NCBI GenBank assembly: GCA_036351455.1
Contig: JAZBPC010000077.1
Span: 1,387-65,386, forward strand
DNA from: Desulfuromusa sp.
Lineage (GTDB): Bacteria > Desulfobacterota > Desulfuromonadia > Desulfuromonadales > Geopsychrobacteraceae
Length of the DNA: 64,000 bases
Direction of reading: 5' to 3'
Part shown: positions 8,772 through 16,965 of the stretch, piece after piece
How positions within the stretch are numbered: the first letter of the stretch is position 1
Layout: each line of letters starts with the position of its first letter
The notes under the pieces: generated by a model
What the model saw: the letters and a program-made list of their open reading frames with translations, nothing else
Told to the model about the DNA's origin: nothing
The model's database searches: none
Translations under genes and position numbers: made by a program

Positions 8772-8808
8772 CATTTTAAGTACAGCTGGTTGAAATATAG
8801 GAATCCCG

Positions 8809-9396
8809 ATGAGACAAATCATTCTGGCTTCAACCAGCCCTTACCGAAAGCAGCTTTTAAAACAGTTGGGTTTATCATTTGTGACTGCAGCACCTCAATT
8901 TGTTGAAGAGATTGATGCAAATGTGGCTCCGGCATTGCTGGTCCGTCATCTTGCTCTTGGGAAGGCGCAAAGTTTAGCAGAATCTTATTCTGATGCCTTG
9001 ATTATCGGTTCTGACCAGGTCTTTGTTGATCAGCGGAAGCGACCCATTGGTAAGGCCGGAAATCTACAAGCGGCATTGCAACAATTGAAACAAATGGTTG
9101 GCCAAACCCACTGCTTTTACACCGGGTTGGCATTATTGGATAGCCGTAGCGGAGCAGTGCAAACAGATTATGCGACTTTTTCGGTCAGTTTCAGGCAGCT
9201 GACGGATGAGCAGATTTATAGTTATTTGCAGCGGGAGAAACCATTTGATTGCGCCGGATCCTTCAAGATAGAGGGTTTGGGAATTGCTCTTATGGAGAAA
9301 ATGGATGGTGAGGACTATAATTCTCTTATTGGGCTCCCTTTAATAAAGTTAGTCAGTATGCTGGAAGTCGCAGGGGTCAATATTTTAGAGGGATAG
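8809..9396 (+). CDS. maf: Maf-family nucleotide pyrophosphatase, YceF-like (m7GTP)
   Basis: ILASTSPYRKQLL, IIGSDQV, CAGSFKIEGLG, SLIGLPLIKL. The aromatic residue after SP and the Q after D point to the YceF subtype. Confidence 0.85.
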   Translation: MRQIILASTSPYRKQLLKQLGLSFVTAAPQFVEEIDANVAPALLVRHLALGKAQSLAESYSDALIIGSDQVFVDQRKRPIGKAGNLQAALQQLKQMVGQTHCFYTGLALLDSRSGAVQTDYATFSVSFRQLTDEQIYSYLQREKPFDCAGSFKIEGLGIALMEKMDGEDYNSLIGLPLIKLVSMLEVAGVNILEG

Positions 9397-9475
9397 AAGA
9401 TGAGCTCCCTTTCATTTTTCTCTTGATTTATTTCTTTTTCCTAACTAGTATAGACTACAAAATATAGCGCATAGC

Positions 9476-9560
9476 TATCTACCGAAAGGGCAAAGCTGGA
9501 GAGATCCAGTGACGCAAAGCCACGGGTCCTCATTTTAGGATAGCCGGGTTGCCGAAGAAG
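9476..9560 (+). promoter_or_regulatory. c-di-GMP-I (GEMM-I) riboswitch aptamer 1
   Basis: CGAAAGGGCAAA-GCTGGA-GAGA-TCCAGT-GACGCAAAGCCACGGGTCCT...AGGATAGCCGGGTTGCCGAA: P2 with GNRA tetraloop, GACGCAAAG junction, P3 and 3' GGGTTGCCGA. The G20-equivalent (9489) is G. Confidence 0.92.
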
Positions 9561-9603
9561 ATTCAGCGGACTTCTTCAAGCCTTTTGTATATAATGTCTT
9601 GGG

Positions 9604-9639
9604 AAACGCTCACTTCGGCAACGTAGTGAGCGTTTTTTT
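9604..9639 (+). terminator. Intrinsic terminator, expression platform of riboswitch 1
   Basis: AAACGCTCAC-TTCGGCAACGTA-GTGAGCGTTTTTTT. Confidence 0.85.
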
Positions 9640-9715
9640 GTGGCTGCGATATATTTATTGTAGAGCATACATTTTAGAAGTTGTGCAAAAAAAGGTGTAT
9701 AAACAAAAGAGGAAC

Positions 9716-9800
9716 ATTGTCTCCGAAAGGGCAAAGCCAGAGAAATCTGGTGACGCAAAGCCACGGGTCCTGATTTCAGGATAGCCGGGTTGCTGAAGGG
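9716..9800 (+). promoter_or_regulatory. c-di-GMP-I (GEMM-I) riboswitch aptamer 2
   Basis: CGAAAGGGCAAA-GCCAGA-GAAA-TCTGGT-GACGCAAAGCCACGGGTCCTGA...TCAGGATAGCCGGGTTGCTGAA. Compensatory stem changes relative to copy 1. The G20-equivalent (9730) is G. Confidence 0.92.
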
Positions 9801-9841
9801 AATGCAGCGTAAGACTTCCATCTGTTTGGTATGGTCTACAG

Positions 9842-9878
9842 TGCGCTCATCTTCGGCAACGGTGGTGAGCGCATTTTT
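9842..9878 (+). terminator. Intrinsic terminator, expression platform of riboswitch 2
   Basis: TGCGCTCATC-TTCGGCAACGGT-GGTGAGCGCA-TTTTT. Confidence 0.8.
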
Positions 9879-9913
9879 GTACAGACACTCACGAAAAGGC
9901 ATCGGGGGTACAA

Positions 9914-12900
9914 ATGAAAAAACTGATAACCATAAAATTTATTCTACTTATTCTGTCTTCCGTAGTTTTTTCGACCCATGTGTGGGGAAAAACAGTCACC
10001 CTTTCTTGGGACGCCAGTCCGAGTACTGTTACCGGTTATAAGGTTCATTATGACACCGAGTCCTCTGCTTCGTTGTTAGGTACTGGAGCTGATGAGGGTA
10101 ATTCACCTATTACTGTCGGAAATGTTTTGACCTACGTGATTCATGGTTTGCCGGATGACTCTGATCATTATTTTGCGGTGACAGCCTATGATAGTACTGA
10201 CAATGAAAGTGTTTATTCGAACCTTGTCCATAGTCCAATAGTCAGTAATAGCAATACTCCCCCCGTTCTTGCATCTATCGGAAATAAAACAGTTCTGGAA
10301 GGTGCAACCTTAACTTTCACCCTTTCTGCGACCGATGCTGATGGTGATTCTTTAACTTATGCCGTTAACAATTTACCTGATGGTGCTGGATTTAATAACT
10401 CAACGGGTGCATTCAGTTGGTCCCCTGAATTCGACCAATCTCAAATTTATGCAGTGACTTTTTCAGTGAGTGACGGCAGCGATACCGATACGGAAACAAT
10501 TAATATTACGGTCTCGGATATCAACCAGGCGCCAATACTCAATACGATCGGGACAAAGACTATCGGTGAAGGATTCCCACTGGCGTTTACTGTCTCAGCT
10601 AACGATTTAGATAATGATGCTTTGAGTTACAGTGCGGAGGGTTTGCCTGAAGGAGCTGAATTTGACTCTACTACCCGCTCATTCAATTGGACCCCAGAAG
10701 TCATGGCTTCTTCAAACGCTCGTGTTTACCCGGTTATTTTCATAGTTAGTGATGGTGCGGCAGACGATTCAGAACTTGTTACCATAAACGTTACAAATGT
10801 TAATCAAGCTCCAGTTCTAACGCCAGTTGGAGCAACAAGTATTACCGAAGGTGATATTTATAATTTAATTATTGAGGCTGTTGATCCAGACAATGATGCG
10901 CTGACTTACACGGCTAGTGGTCTTCCGGAAGGTTCGGTTTTTACCCCTTCAACACGTTCCTTCAGTTGGATACCGGGGAATGACCAGTCTGGTAGTTATC
11001 AGGTGACATTTAACGTCAGTGATGGGTTTCTCAGTGATTCTGAAACAGTTCCGTTTACCGTTAATAATGGTAACGAAGCCCCTATCCTGGATGCTATTGG
11101 GGCCAAGTCAATTGCAGAAAATTCTTTGCTGTCATTTGTGATATCTGCCAACGACATAAACGGTGACAGTCTTAGCTACAGTGCTTCTGGACTTCCACCT
11201 GGAGCAGTATTTGATGCTGCTCAGCAGCGTTTTAGTTGGACCCCTGATTACACGCAAGCAGGTAACTTTACGGTGGTCTTTAGTGTTACCGATGAGTTGT
11301 TCATTGATTCCGAAACTGTCGAAATAACAGTTACGAACTACAATCGAACGCCTGTTATCAGTGGTACCCCTGGGGGGGCGACTATGGCAACAACAAGCTA
11401 CTCTTTTACTCCGATCGCCAGTGATCCTGATGGCGACCCTCTTACCTTTTCCATCGTGAATAAGCCGAACTGGGCTAGTTTTAGTTCGTCTACCGGAGAG
11501 CTGAGTGGTACGGCGACAGCAGATCAGGTTGGCACAAGTTCAAATATAATTATCAGTGTCAGCGATAGTATCGGCAGTACCTCTCTGTCGCCATTCTCAA
11601 TTGACGTAATTGCCTATGTTCAGCAGGATTCTGACGGTGATGGAGTTCTAGATCATTTGGATGCATTTCCTGATGATATTAACGAATGGGTCGATACCGA
11701 TGGCGATCAAATTGGTAATAACAGCGATCTGGATGATGATAATGATGGAATAGCTGATATTCGTGATGGTTTTCCGCTCGACAGTACTAAGTCTGGATGG
11801 ATTATTTCAGCGACTGCAGGAACAGGTGGATATCTCACTCCAGAGGGGAATACCTCGGTACTTTATGGCGGTTCACAGGGCTATCAATTAACGCCAATGG
11901 CAGGATATTACATCCATGATTTATTGGTTGACAATGTTTCGGTTGGTTTGGTTGAGAATTATGTTTTTGAAAATATAGGAGATCATCACAGCATTACAGC
12001 AGTTTTTGCACCAATCCCAACAGGCCTCAGCCAGAATCCGATTTCGTCTGGGCTTATTGGAGTTGAAAGGGTCGATGGTGGTGATGACAGCAGCAATCTG
12101 GTTGATGGTAAACCAAAGCAGGATCTTGATTACCGCTTCCGGGTTGTATTCCGTGATTCGGTTGCTGCTGATCAACGCAAGGTTTTCTTGATCTTGGATA
12201 ATTATAAATACGAGATGCAAAATGCTGGCGGTGCACTTACTAGCGGTGCTGATTATACCTTTACAACCCGTTTGGGAGCTTCATTCTCGCATCGATTCTA
12301 TTTCACTGTCGAAGATGCGTCAGGCACGCAACTGTGGCGTTATCCGGGGAGTGGTGATTTTCCCGGTCCTGCGGTATCACTCCTCGATGGTAAGAATGTT
12401 GTTGGAATCGCCGCAAAGATTAATGCTTATGCCTTGGATGCTATTGAGGCATTTAACGAAAAGCTGGTGTATCGCTGGGATCCTGAAGCTGGACCTAAGG
12501 GGCAATTTGAACTGGTTGGCTTCGGTGCTCCTGTTGCGTCTGGAGAAGGTTATGTCTTAAAGCGTTCTACAGATACGACTCTGCCTGATCTTAGTATCTA
12601 CGGCACAATTACTGATTCTACCTATGAATTTCAAGTTAAACCGGGGTGGAATATTATCAGCAATCCTTACGGGGGAAATATCTCTCTGTCTGACATCGAA
12701 GTTCGTTCAGGGGATGATGCACCTGTCTCTTGGTTGCTAGCCGCTGAGAACAATCTGGTTGTTGATGTGATTTATTCCTATCTTGGAAAAGATTGGGGTA
12801 ACACAAACGAATTTTCAAGTGCAACCGGAACTAAACCAGCGGTCCTTATTCCGTGGATCGGTTACTGGATTTATATTAATCAGACAGATCAGCCCGTTTC

Positions 12901-12928
12901 TCTACTGATTCAAAAGCCTTTGCAGTAA
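9914..12928 (+). CDS. Secreted surface/adhesin-like protein: signal peptide, FN3, five Ig/cadherin-like repeats, Ca-binding TSP3-like repeats, InlB-B-like repeat, unknown C-terminal domain
   Basis: Sec-type signal peptide; VTLSWDASPSTVTGYKVHY...YFAVTAYD (FN3); five N.aP.L..ig...D.DgD.L.Y...LP.GA.F...F.W.P repeats; DSDGDGVLDHLDAFPDD and DTDGDQIGNNSDLDDDNDG. Confidence 0.8.
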   Translation: MKKLITIKFILLILSSVVFSTHVWGKTVTLSWDASPSTVTGYKVHYDTESSASLLGTGADEGNSPITVGNVLTYVIHGLPDDSDHYFAVTAYDSTDNESVYSNLVHSPIVSNSNTPPVLASIGNKTVLEGATLTFTLSATDADGDSLTYAVNNLPDGAGFNNSTGAFSWSPEFDQSQIYAVTFSVSDGSDTDTETINITVSDINQAPILNTIGTKTIGEGFPLAFTVSANDLDNDALSYSAEGLPEGAEFDSTTRSFNWTPEVMASSNARVYPVIFIVSDGAADDSELVTINVTNVNQAPVLTPVGATSITEGDIYNLIIEAVDPDNDALTYTASGLPEGSVFTPSTRSFSWIPGNDQSGSYQVTFNVSDGFLSDSETVPFTVNNGNEAPILDAIGAKSIAENSLLSFVISANDINGDSLSYSASGLPPGAVFDAAQQRFSWTPDYTQAGNFTVVFSVTDELFIDSETVEITVTNYNRTPVISGTPGGATMATTSYSFTPIASDPDGDPLTFSIVNKPNWASFSSSTGELSGTATADQVGTSSNIIISVSDSIGSTSLSPFSIDVIAYVQQDSDGDGVLDHLDAFPDDINEWVDTDGDQIGNNSDLDDDNDGIADIRDGFPLDSTKSGWIISATAGTGGYLTPEGNTSVLYGGSQGYQLTPMAGYYIHDLLVDNVSVGLVENYVFENIGDHHSITAVFAPIPTGLSQNPISSGLIGVERVDGGDDSSNLVDGKPKQDLDYRFRVVFRDSVAADQRKVFLILDNYKYEMQNAGGALTSGADYTFTTRLGASFSHRFYFTVEDASGTQLWRYPGSGDFPGPAVSLLDGKNVVGIAAKINAYALDAIEAFNEKLVYRWDPEAGPKGQFELVGFGAPVASGEGYVLKRSTDTTLPDLSIYGTITDSTYEFQVKPGWNIISNPYGGNISLSDIEVRSGDDAPVSWLLAAENNLVVDVIYSYLGKDWGNTNEFSSATGTKPAVLIPWIGYWIYINQTDQPVSLLIQKPLQ
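10253..11615 (+). repeat. Five tandem ~90-aa putative Ig/cadherin-like repeats (protein level)
   Basis: Units start NTPPVL, NQAPIL, NQAPVL, NEAPIL and NRTPVI. They are diverged at the DNA level. Confidence 0.8.
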
Positions 12929-12935
12929 CAGGAGA

Positions 12936-14177
12936 ATGACCATGAACAGATTCCTTGCGATAATTGTATCTCTGTTTGCCTTGCTCTCCTTATGCCTGTT
13001 GTCAGCCTGTGGGGGAGGTGGGGGTGGGGATTCAAGCGGAACCAGCAGAACAGCGGATGATGGAGGACCTTCTGTGGTAACAACTTTATCCGGGACAGTT
13101 GCCGATGGTTATCTTCGGGATGCGCGAGTCTTTCTCGATCGGAATAATAATCGTGTCTATGACAATGGAGAACCGACGGCACAATCAACAACAGGAGGGA
13201 GCTACTCTTTAAATGTAAATCCTGGTGATGGAAACCTGTATCCTGTTGTAGCACAAGTTGTCGCGGGGCAAACAATTGACGAAGACAGTGGAGCACCAGT
13301 TGTTCATAGCTATTTGCTGGAATCATTACCCGGCCACTGGCAGTTTGTGTCTCCTTTGACGACCTTGGTAACGTTGGAGAGGGATAAAAACCCATCCTTT
13401 TCTCAACAGCAGGCTGAAATTTCAGTTCGGTCTCAGCTTGGGATCGCAGACTCCGTTTCCCTTTTTGCTGATTATATTACTTTCGGGAGTGTTGATGCTG
13501 ATTTAGCTGCAGAATACAATCGCACCCACAGGGTAGCGCAAACTGTTGCCAATCTCATGGGGAGTCTGCGAGCCAGTATCTCTCGGAATCTGGGTGGGGT
13601 CATTAATAATTCTGAACAGCGGTTGGTCTCTTATATGGTGAGTGATCAGATCCTCTGGCAGTCGGCGCTGATCGAAGAGGCCTTCAACAACGAACGCAAC
13701 CTGGGTTCGTTGGTCGATGTTGTTTCTTTAACCAATGATATTGCTGGTGAAATTAATACAGTAAGTTTGGACATCGCTTTGTTAGCTCTTTATCAGCAGA
13801 GGGTAGAGCAAAACTTTGATATCTGGGATATGTTGCCTCCTCAAGTTCAAAGTCTATCTCCGCCAGCAGGCGATACGGCTTCAGTTGGGACGATTATTTC
13901 TCTCTCTTTTGATGAATTTCTTGATGAGACTTTATTGGATGACAATTCCATTGAACTATCAGGTCCTAATGGCCTGGTTTCCGGCAGTCTGAATTATGAC
14001 TCTGAGCATAAGAGGTTGACATTCATACCGGGCCAGCTTCTGATACCTTTCAGTAATTATCAGGTGACAGTCAATGGGCGGTTAGCCGATATCCTTGGTA
14101 ATTCCCTAGGAGAAAACATAACCTGGACGTTTACAACAATCTTTGATCAAATGCCGCCGCCACTTCCGGATTTCTGA
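12936..14177 (+). CDS. Lipoprotein with an N-terminal SdrD-B/carboxypeptidase-regulatory-like domain and a C-terminal Ig-like (Big_5/SbsA-type) domain
   Basis: Lipobox LLSAC followed by a Gly run; LSGTVADGYLRDARVFLDRNNN...GEP; ISLSFDEFLD...LTFIP...YQVTV...DILGN...WTFTT. Starts 7 bp after the adhesin stop. Confidence 0.75.
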   Translation: MTMNRFLAIIVSLFALLSLCLLSACGGGGGGDSSGTSRTADDGGPSVVTTLSGTVADGYLRDARVFLDRNNNRVYDNGEPTAQSTTGGSYSLNVNPGDGNLYPVVAQVVAGQTIDEDSGAPVVHSYLLESLPGHWQFVSPLTTLVTLERDKNPSFSQQQAEISVRSQLGIADSVSLFADYITFGSVDADLAAEYNRTHRVAQTVANLMGSLRASISRNLGGVINNSEQRLVSYMVSDQILWQSALIEEAFNNERNLGSLVDVVSLTNDIAGEINTVSLDIALLALYQQRVEQNFDIWDMLPPQVQSLSPPAGDTASVGTIISLSFDEFLDETLLDDNSIELSGPNGLVSGSLNYDSEHKRLTFIPGQLLIPFSNYQVTVNGRLADILGNSLGENITWTFTTIFDQMPPPLPDF

Positions 14178-14273
14178 TGATTCATGTTCGAATTTCTCCT
14201 TTAGCCGAGCGATTGTCCTGACTTCTGTTCATCTGGAAATGGTTGCATATGACGATGGTGCCGCCATTTCCAG

Positions 14274-15599
14274 TCAACATCCATCTCCCTCATTTGTTTC
14301 CTGATCCTGGATCAGCCGACGCTTGATCCGACGGGTAACAAACCAAATTGCCGTCAAAACAATAGGTATCGAGCAGGCAAGCAAGACGTCTTTATCCAGG
14401 TTCCATTGCCTGAGGGGCAGGCCCTTGAATAAATAGCCGAGCAGGCCGATAGCATAATAACTGATAGCAGCAATAGATAATCCTTCAACTGTTTCTTGCA
14501 GTCGGAACTGCAACCGGCTACGCCGGTTCATAGCTGAGAGCTGAGATCGGTTCTGTTCCTGCAAGTTAAGATTAACTCTGGTCCTCATCAAATCACTTGC
14601 CCGTTCAATCCGCTTGGACAGGTCTTCCATCCATTTCTGTACTGATTCACAGGTACGTAGAGCTGGATTAAGTCGCCGATTCACAAATTCACCAATTGAG
14701 AGGTACCCATCTATTTTTTCTTCATTGATACGTTCCAGGCGATCTTTAACCAGTTGATGATAGGCTTGGGTGGCAGAAAACCGTTGTGTTGTTTCCGCTC
14801 GATAGGTCTCGAGCTGGGCTTCTATTTTGGTGATTTTTTCAAGCAACATTCGTTCACTGCTTGCAGCATCCAACTTGGCAACAACAGTAAGAAGTTCAGC
14901 CATTTCTTTGTCCATGTGGAGTAAATGGGGGGCAATCCTTTTTGCGATTGGGAGCGCAAGGAGAGAAAGTAACCGATAGGTTTCTAAATCGATTAAACGT
15001 CTGGTTAATCGTCCCGTTTGTGAGCTGCTCATCCCCTTATGGCAGATCATGAAGCGTCCGTAGCCATCTCCATGAAGTTTAAAGGCAGTATGAATTTGAG
15101 TCTTACCACCATAAGCACTGCTCATCATCACCGGGTGACCTTCAAAGTTGTGGGCCAGAGAGTTTTCATCGTATTTAAGTTGCTGGTCATCAATAATGAT
15201 GTGAAATGCTGCAATCATTTCCCCCGGGAGTTGTTTTAACCAGTCAGCAGGAAGCAAATCAACAGCTGTGTATTCAAATGGTTTTCCTTGAGGAGGAGCC
15301 GGCTGCATAATTGTTAATGAATAAAATTCAACATGACGCTCCCAATTAATTGTGAAGTTGCCAAAGTTCTGATAAAAGGTTACAGCATCCGCTTGAGGAG
15401 GATTGACCTCGTAGCGTTTGCATAATTCCGTTATGAGCTCGTATGATTTTTCAAGTGCTTGCGGATTTGAGCAGCAGGCGGCCAGGTGAGTCACCTGTTG
15501 AGGTGATTCCAGAGCGTGAAAAGGTCTTATATGTAATTCGTTATACAGGGCTTCACGCAATGGGTGAAGCTGATATTCGATGCCGCCACATTTACTCAT
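14274..15599 (-). CDS. DUF3422-family membrane protein
   Basis: HPLREALYNELHIRPF, WERHVEF, GRLTRRLIDLETYR, RFSATQAY...FVNRRLNPALRTC, QFRLQETVEGLSIAAISYY, two C-terminal TM helices. Confidence 0.8.
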   Translation of the reverse strand: MSKCGGIEYQLHPLREALYNELHIRPFHALESPQQVTHLAACCSNPQALEKSYELITELCKRYEVNPPQADAVTFYQNFGNFTINWERHVEFYSLTIMQPAPPQGKPFEYTAVDLLPADWLKQLPGEMIAAFHIIIDDQQLKYDENSLAHNFEGHPVMMSSAYGGKTQIHTAFKLHGDGYGRFMICHKGMSSSQTGRLTRRLIDLETYRLLSLLALPIAKRIAPHLLHMDKEMAELLTVVAKLDAASSERMLLEKITKIEAQLETYRAETTQRFSATQAYHQLVKDRLERINEEKIDGYLSIGEFVNRRLNPALRTCESVQKWMEDLSKRIERASDLMRTRVNLNLQEQNRSQLSAMNRRSRLQFRLQETVEGLSIAAISYYAIGLLGYLFKGLPLRQWNLDKDVLLACSIPIVLTAIWFVTRRIKRRLIQDQETNEGDGC

Positions 15600-15666
15600 G
15601 TTTGCTTTCCTTGATTCATCACTGTTCAGGTGTCACTAGAGTGCCATTTTTCTGTTAAGATTTTGT

Positions 15667-16704
15667 TTAAGAAAAGGTTTTATTTTCCTGTTCCTGAACC
15701 CGAATGAATGTTGTTCGTTTGGTCAGTTCTTTCAGCGCTGAGGCTCCCACATAAGTACAACTGGAGCGGACGCCACCAAGAATGTCTTTTACTGTTGTTG
15801 CGACGGGACCTCGATAAGGGACCTCCACTGTTTTTCCTTCTGAGGCCCGATATTCAGCAACACCACCCGCGTGCTGTTCCATTGCTGTTTCTGAACTCAT
15901 ACCATAAAATTGTTTAAATTGTTTGCCCTCCCGTGTAATTAACTGGCCACCGCTTTCATCATGGCCGGCAAACATTCCCCCTAGCATGACAAAATCAGCG
16001 CCACCACCAAAAGCTTTAGCCACATCCCCGGCACTGACACAGCCACCGTCTGAAATGATGCGCCCCCCTAGCCCGTGAGCTGCATCGGCACATTCAATGA
16101 CTGCTGAGAGTTGCGGGTACCCGACCCCGGTCTTAACTCGTGTGGTGCAGACAGAGCCTGGGCCGATCCCAACTTTGACGATGTCAGCTCCAGAAAGGAG
16201 CAGTTCTTCAACCATTTCACCTGTCACCACATTACCTGCAACAATGGTTTTGTCAGGGAAACTCTCACGGCAAAGTTTGACAAAATCGACAAATGACTCG
16301 GCATAGCCATTGGCAACATCAATACAGATGAATTCAAGCTTTGGGTGGTGGGACAGGATGTTTTTTAAATGGCTAAAGTCAGTATCAGCCGTACCGGTGC
16401 TCACCATAACCCTCTGATAAATAGAATCGTTTTGTTTTTCAAGAAAACTATTCCATTCTTGCAGGTTATAATGCTTATGGATTGCTGTTAATAGTCCGAA
16501 ATCTGCAAGAACCTGTGCCAGCTCGAAAGTTCCAACAGTGTCCATATTGGCAGCAATGACCGGAGTTCCAGTCCACTCCCTCTGGCTGTGTAAGAAACAA
16601 AAATTCCGCACCAGATTAACTTGAGAGCGACTTTTCAGGGTTGATCGTTTCGGACGAATAAGGACATCTTTAAAGCCGAGCTTTAAATCAGATTCTATGC
16701 GCAT
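15667..16704 (-). CDS. guaC: GMP reductase (E. coli-type)
   Basis: [58 protein letters not shown]. Confidence 0.95.
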   Translation of the reverse strand: MRIESDLKLGFKDVLIRPKRSTLKSRSQVNLVRNFCFLHSQREWTGTPVIAANMDTVGTFELAQVLADFGLLTAIHKHYNLQEWNSFLEKQNDSIYQRVMVSTGTADTDFSHLKNILSHHPKLEFICIDVANGYAESFVDFVKLCRESFPDKTIVAGNVVTGEMVEELLLSGADIVKVGIGPGSVCTTRVKTGVGYPQLSAVIECADAAHGLGGRIISDGGCVSAGDVAKAFGGGADFVMLGGMFAGHDESGGQLITREGKQFKQFYGMSSETAMEQHAGGVAEYRASEGKTVEVPYRGPVATTVKDILGGVRSSCTYVGASALKELTKRTTFIRVQEQENKTFS

Positions 16705-16965
16705 TTATTTTCCTTTTTGGATTTAAGATCATGGTTATTATTATCTTTAAATTGCTCGCTACTTAGGGAAAATAGCGCAAATTAAGTTTCATGGAAAGAG
16801 GGGATAATTCATTTGAAGATTATTGACCAGTGAACTCTGGCGGTGCTAATCTTTTGCCGCTGGTAGTGCAGTCTGATTTTACCCTTGGTCGTCTGCTCTG
16901 TAAGACCAGATTTTCCCCCGGACATTTTACTTTCGACCTTTTCCTTTTCGGATAATAGATCACTT

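Noticed and set aside
9476-9800. cGAMP-sensing (GEMM-Ib) assignment for the riboswitches
   Set aside because: Both have G rather than A at the G20-equivalent position.
16705-16965. Purine riboswitch upstream of guaC
   Set aside because: No purine-aptamer consensus (UAUAA...AUAUGG...GUUUCUACC...CCGUAAA) on the minus strand.
16885-16965. N-terminal extensions called by the ORF track for dnaE (and likewise pilT, rpsB, tsf, frr, ilvB, leuB, rplM, argC, dsbC)
   Set aside because: Downstream starts match the known protein N-termini and mostly have clear RBSs; the extensions are upstream open frame only.
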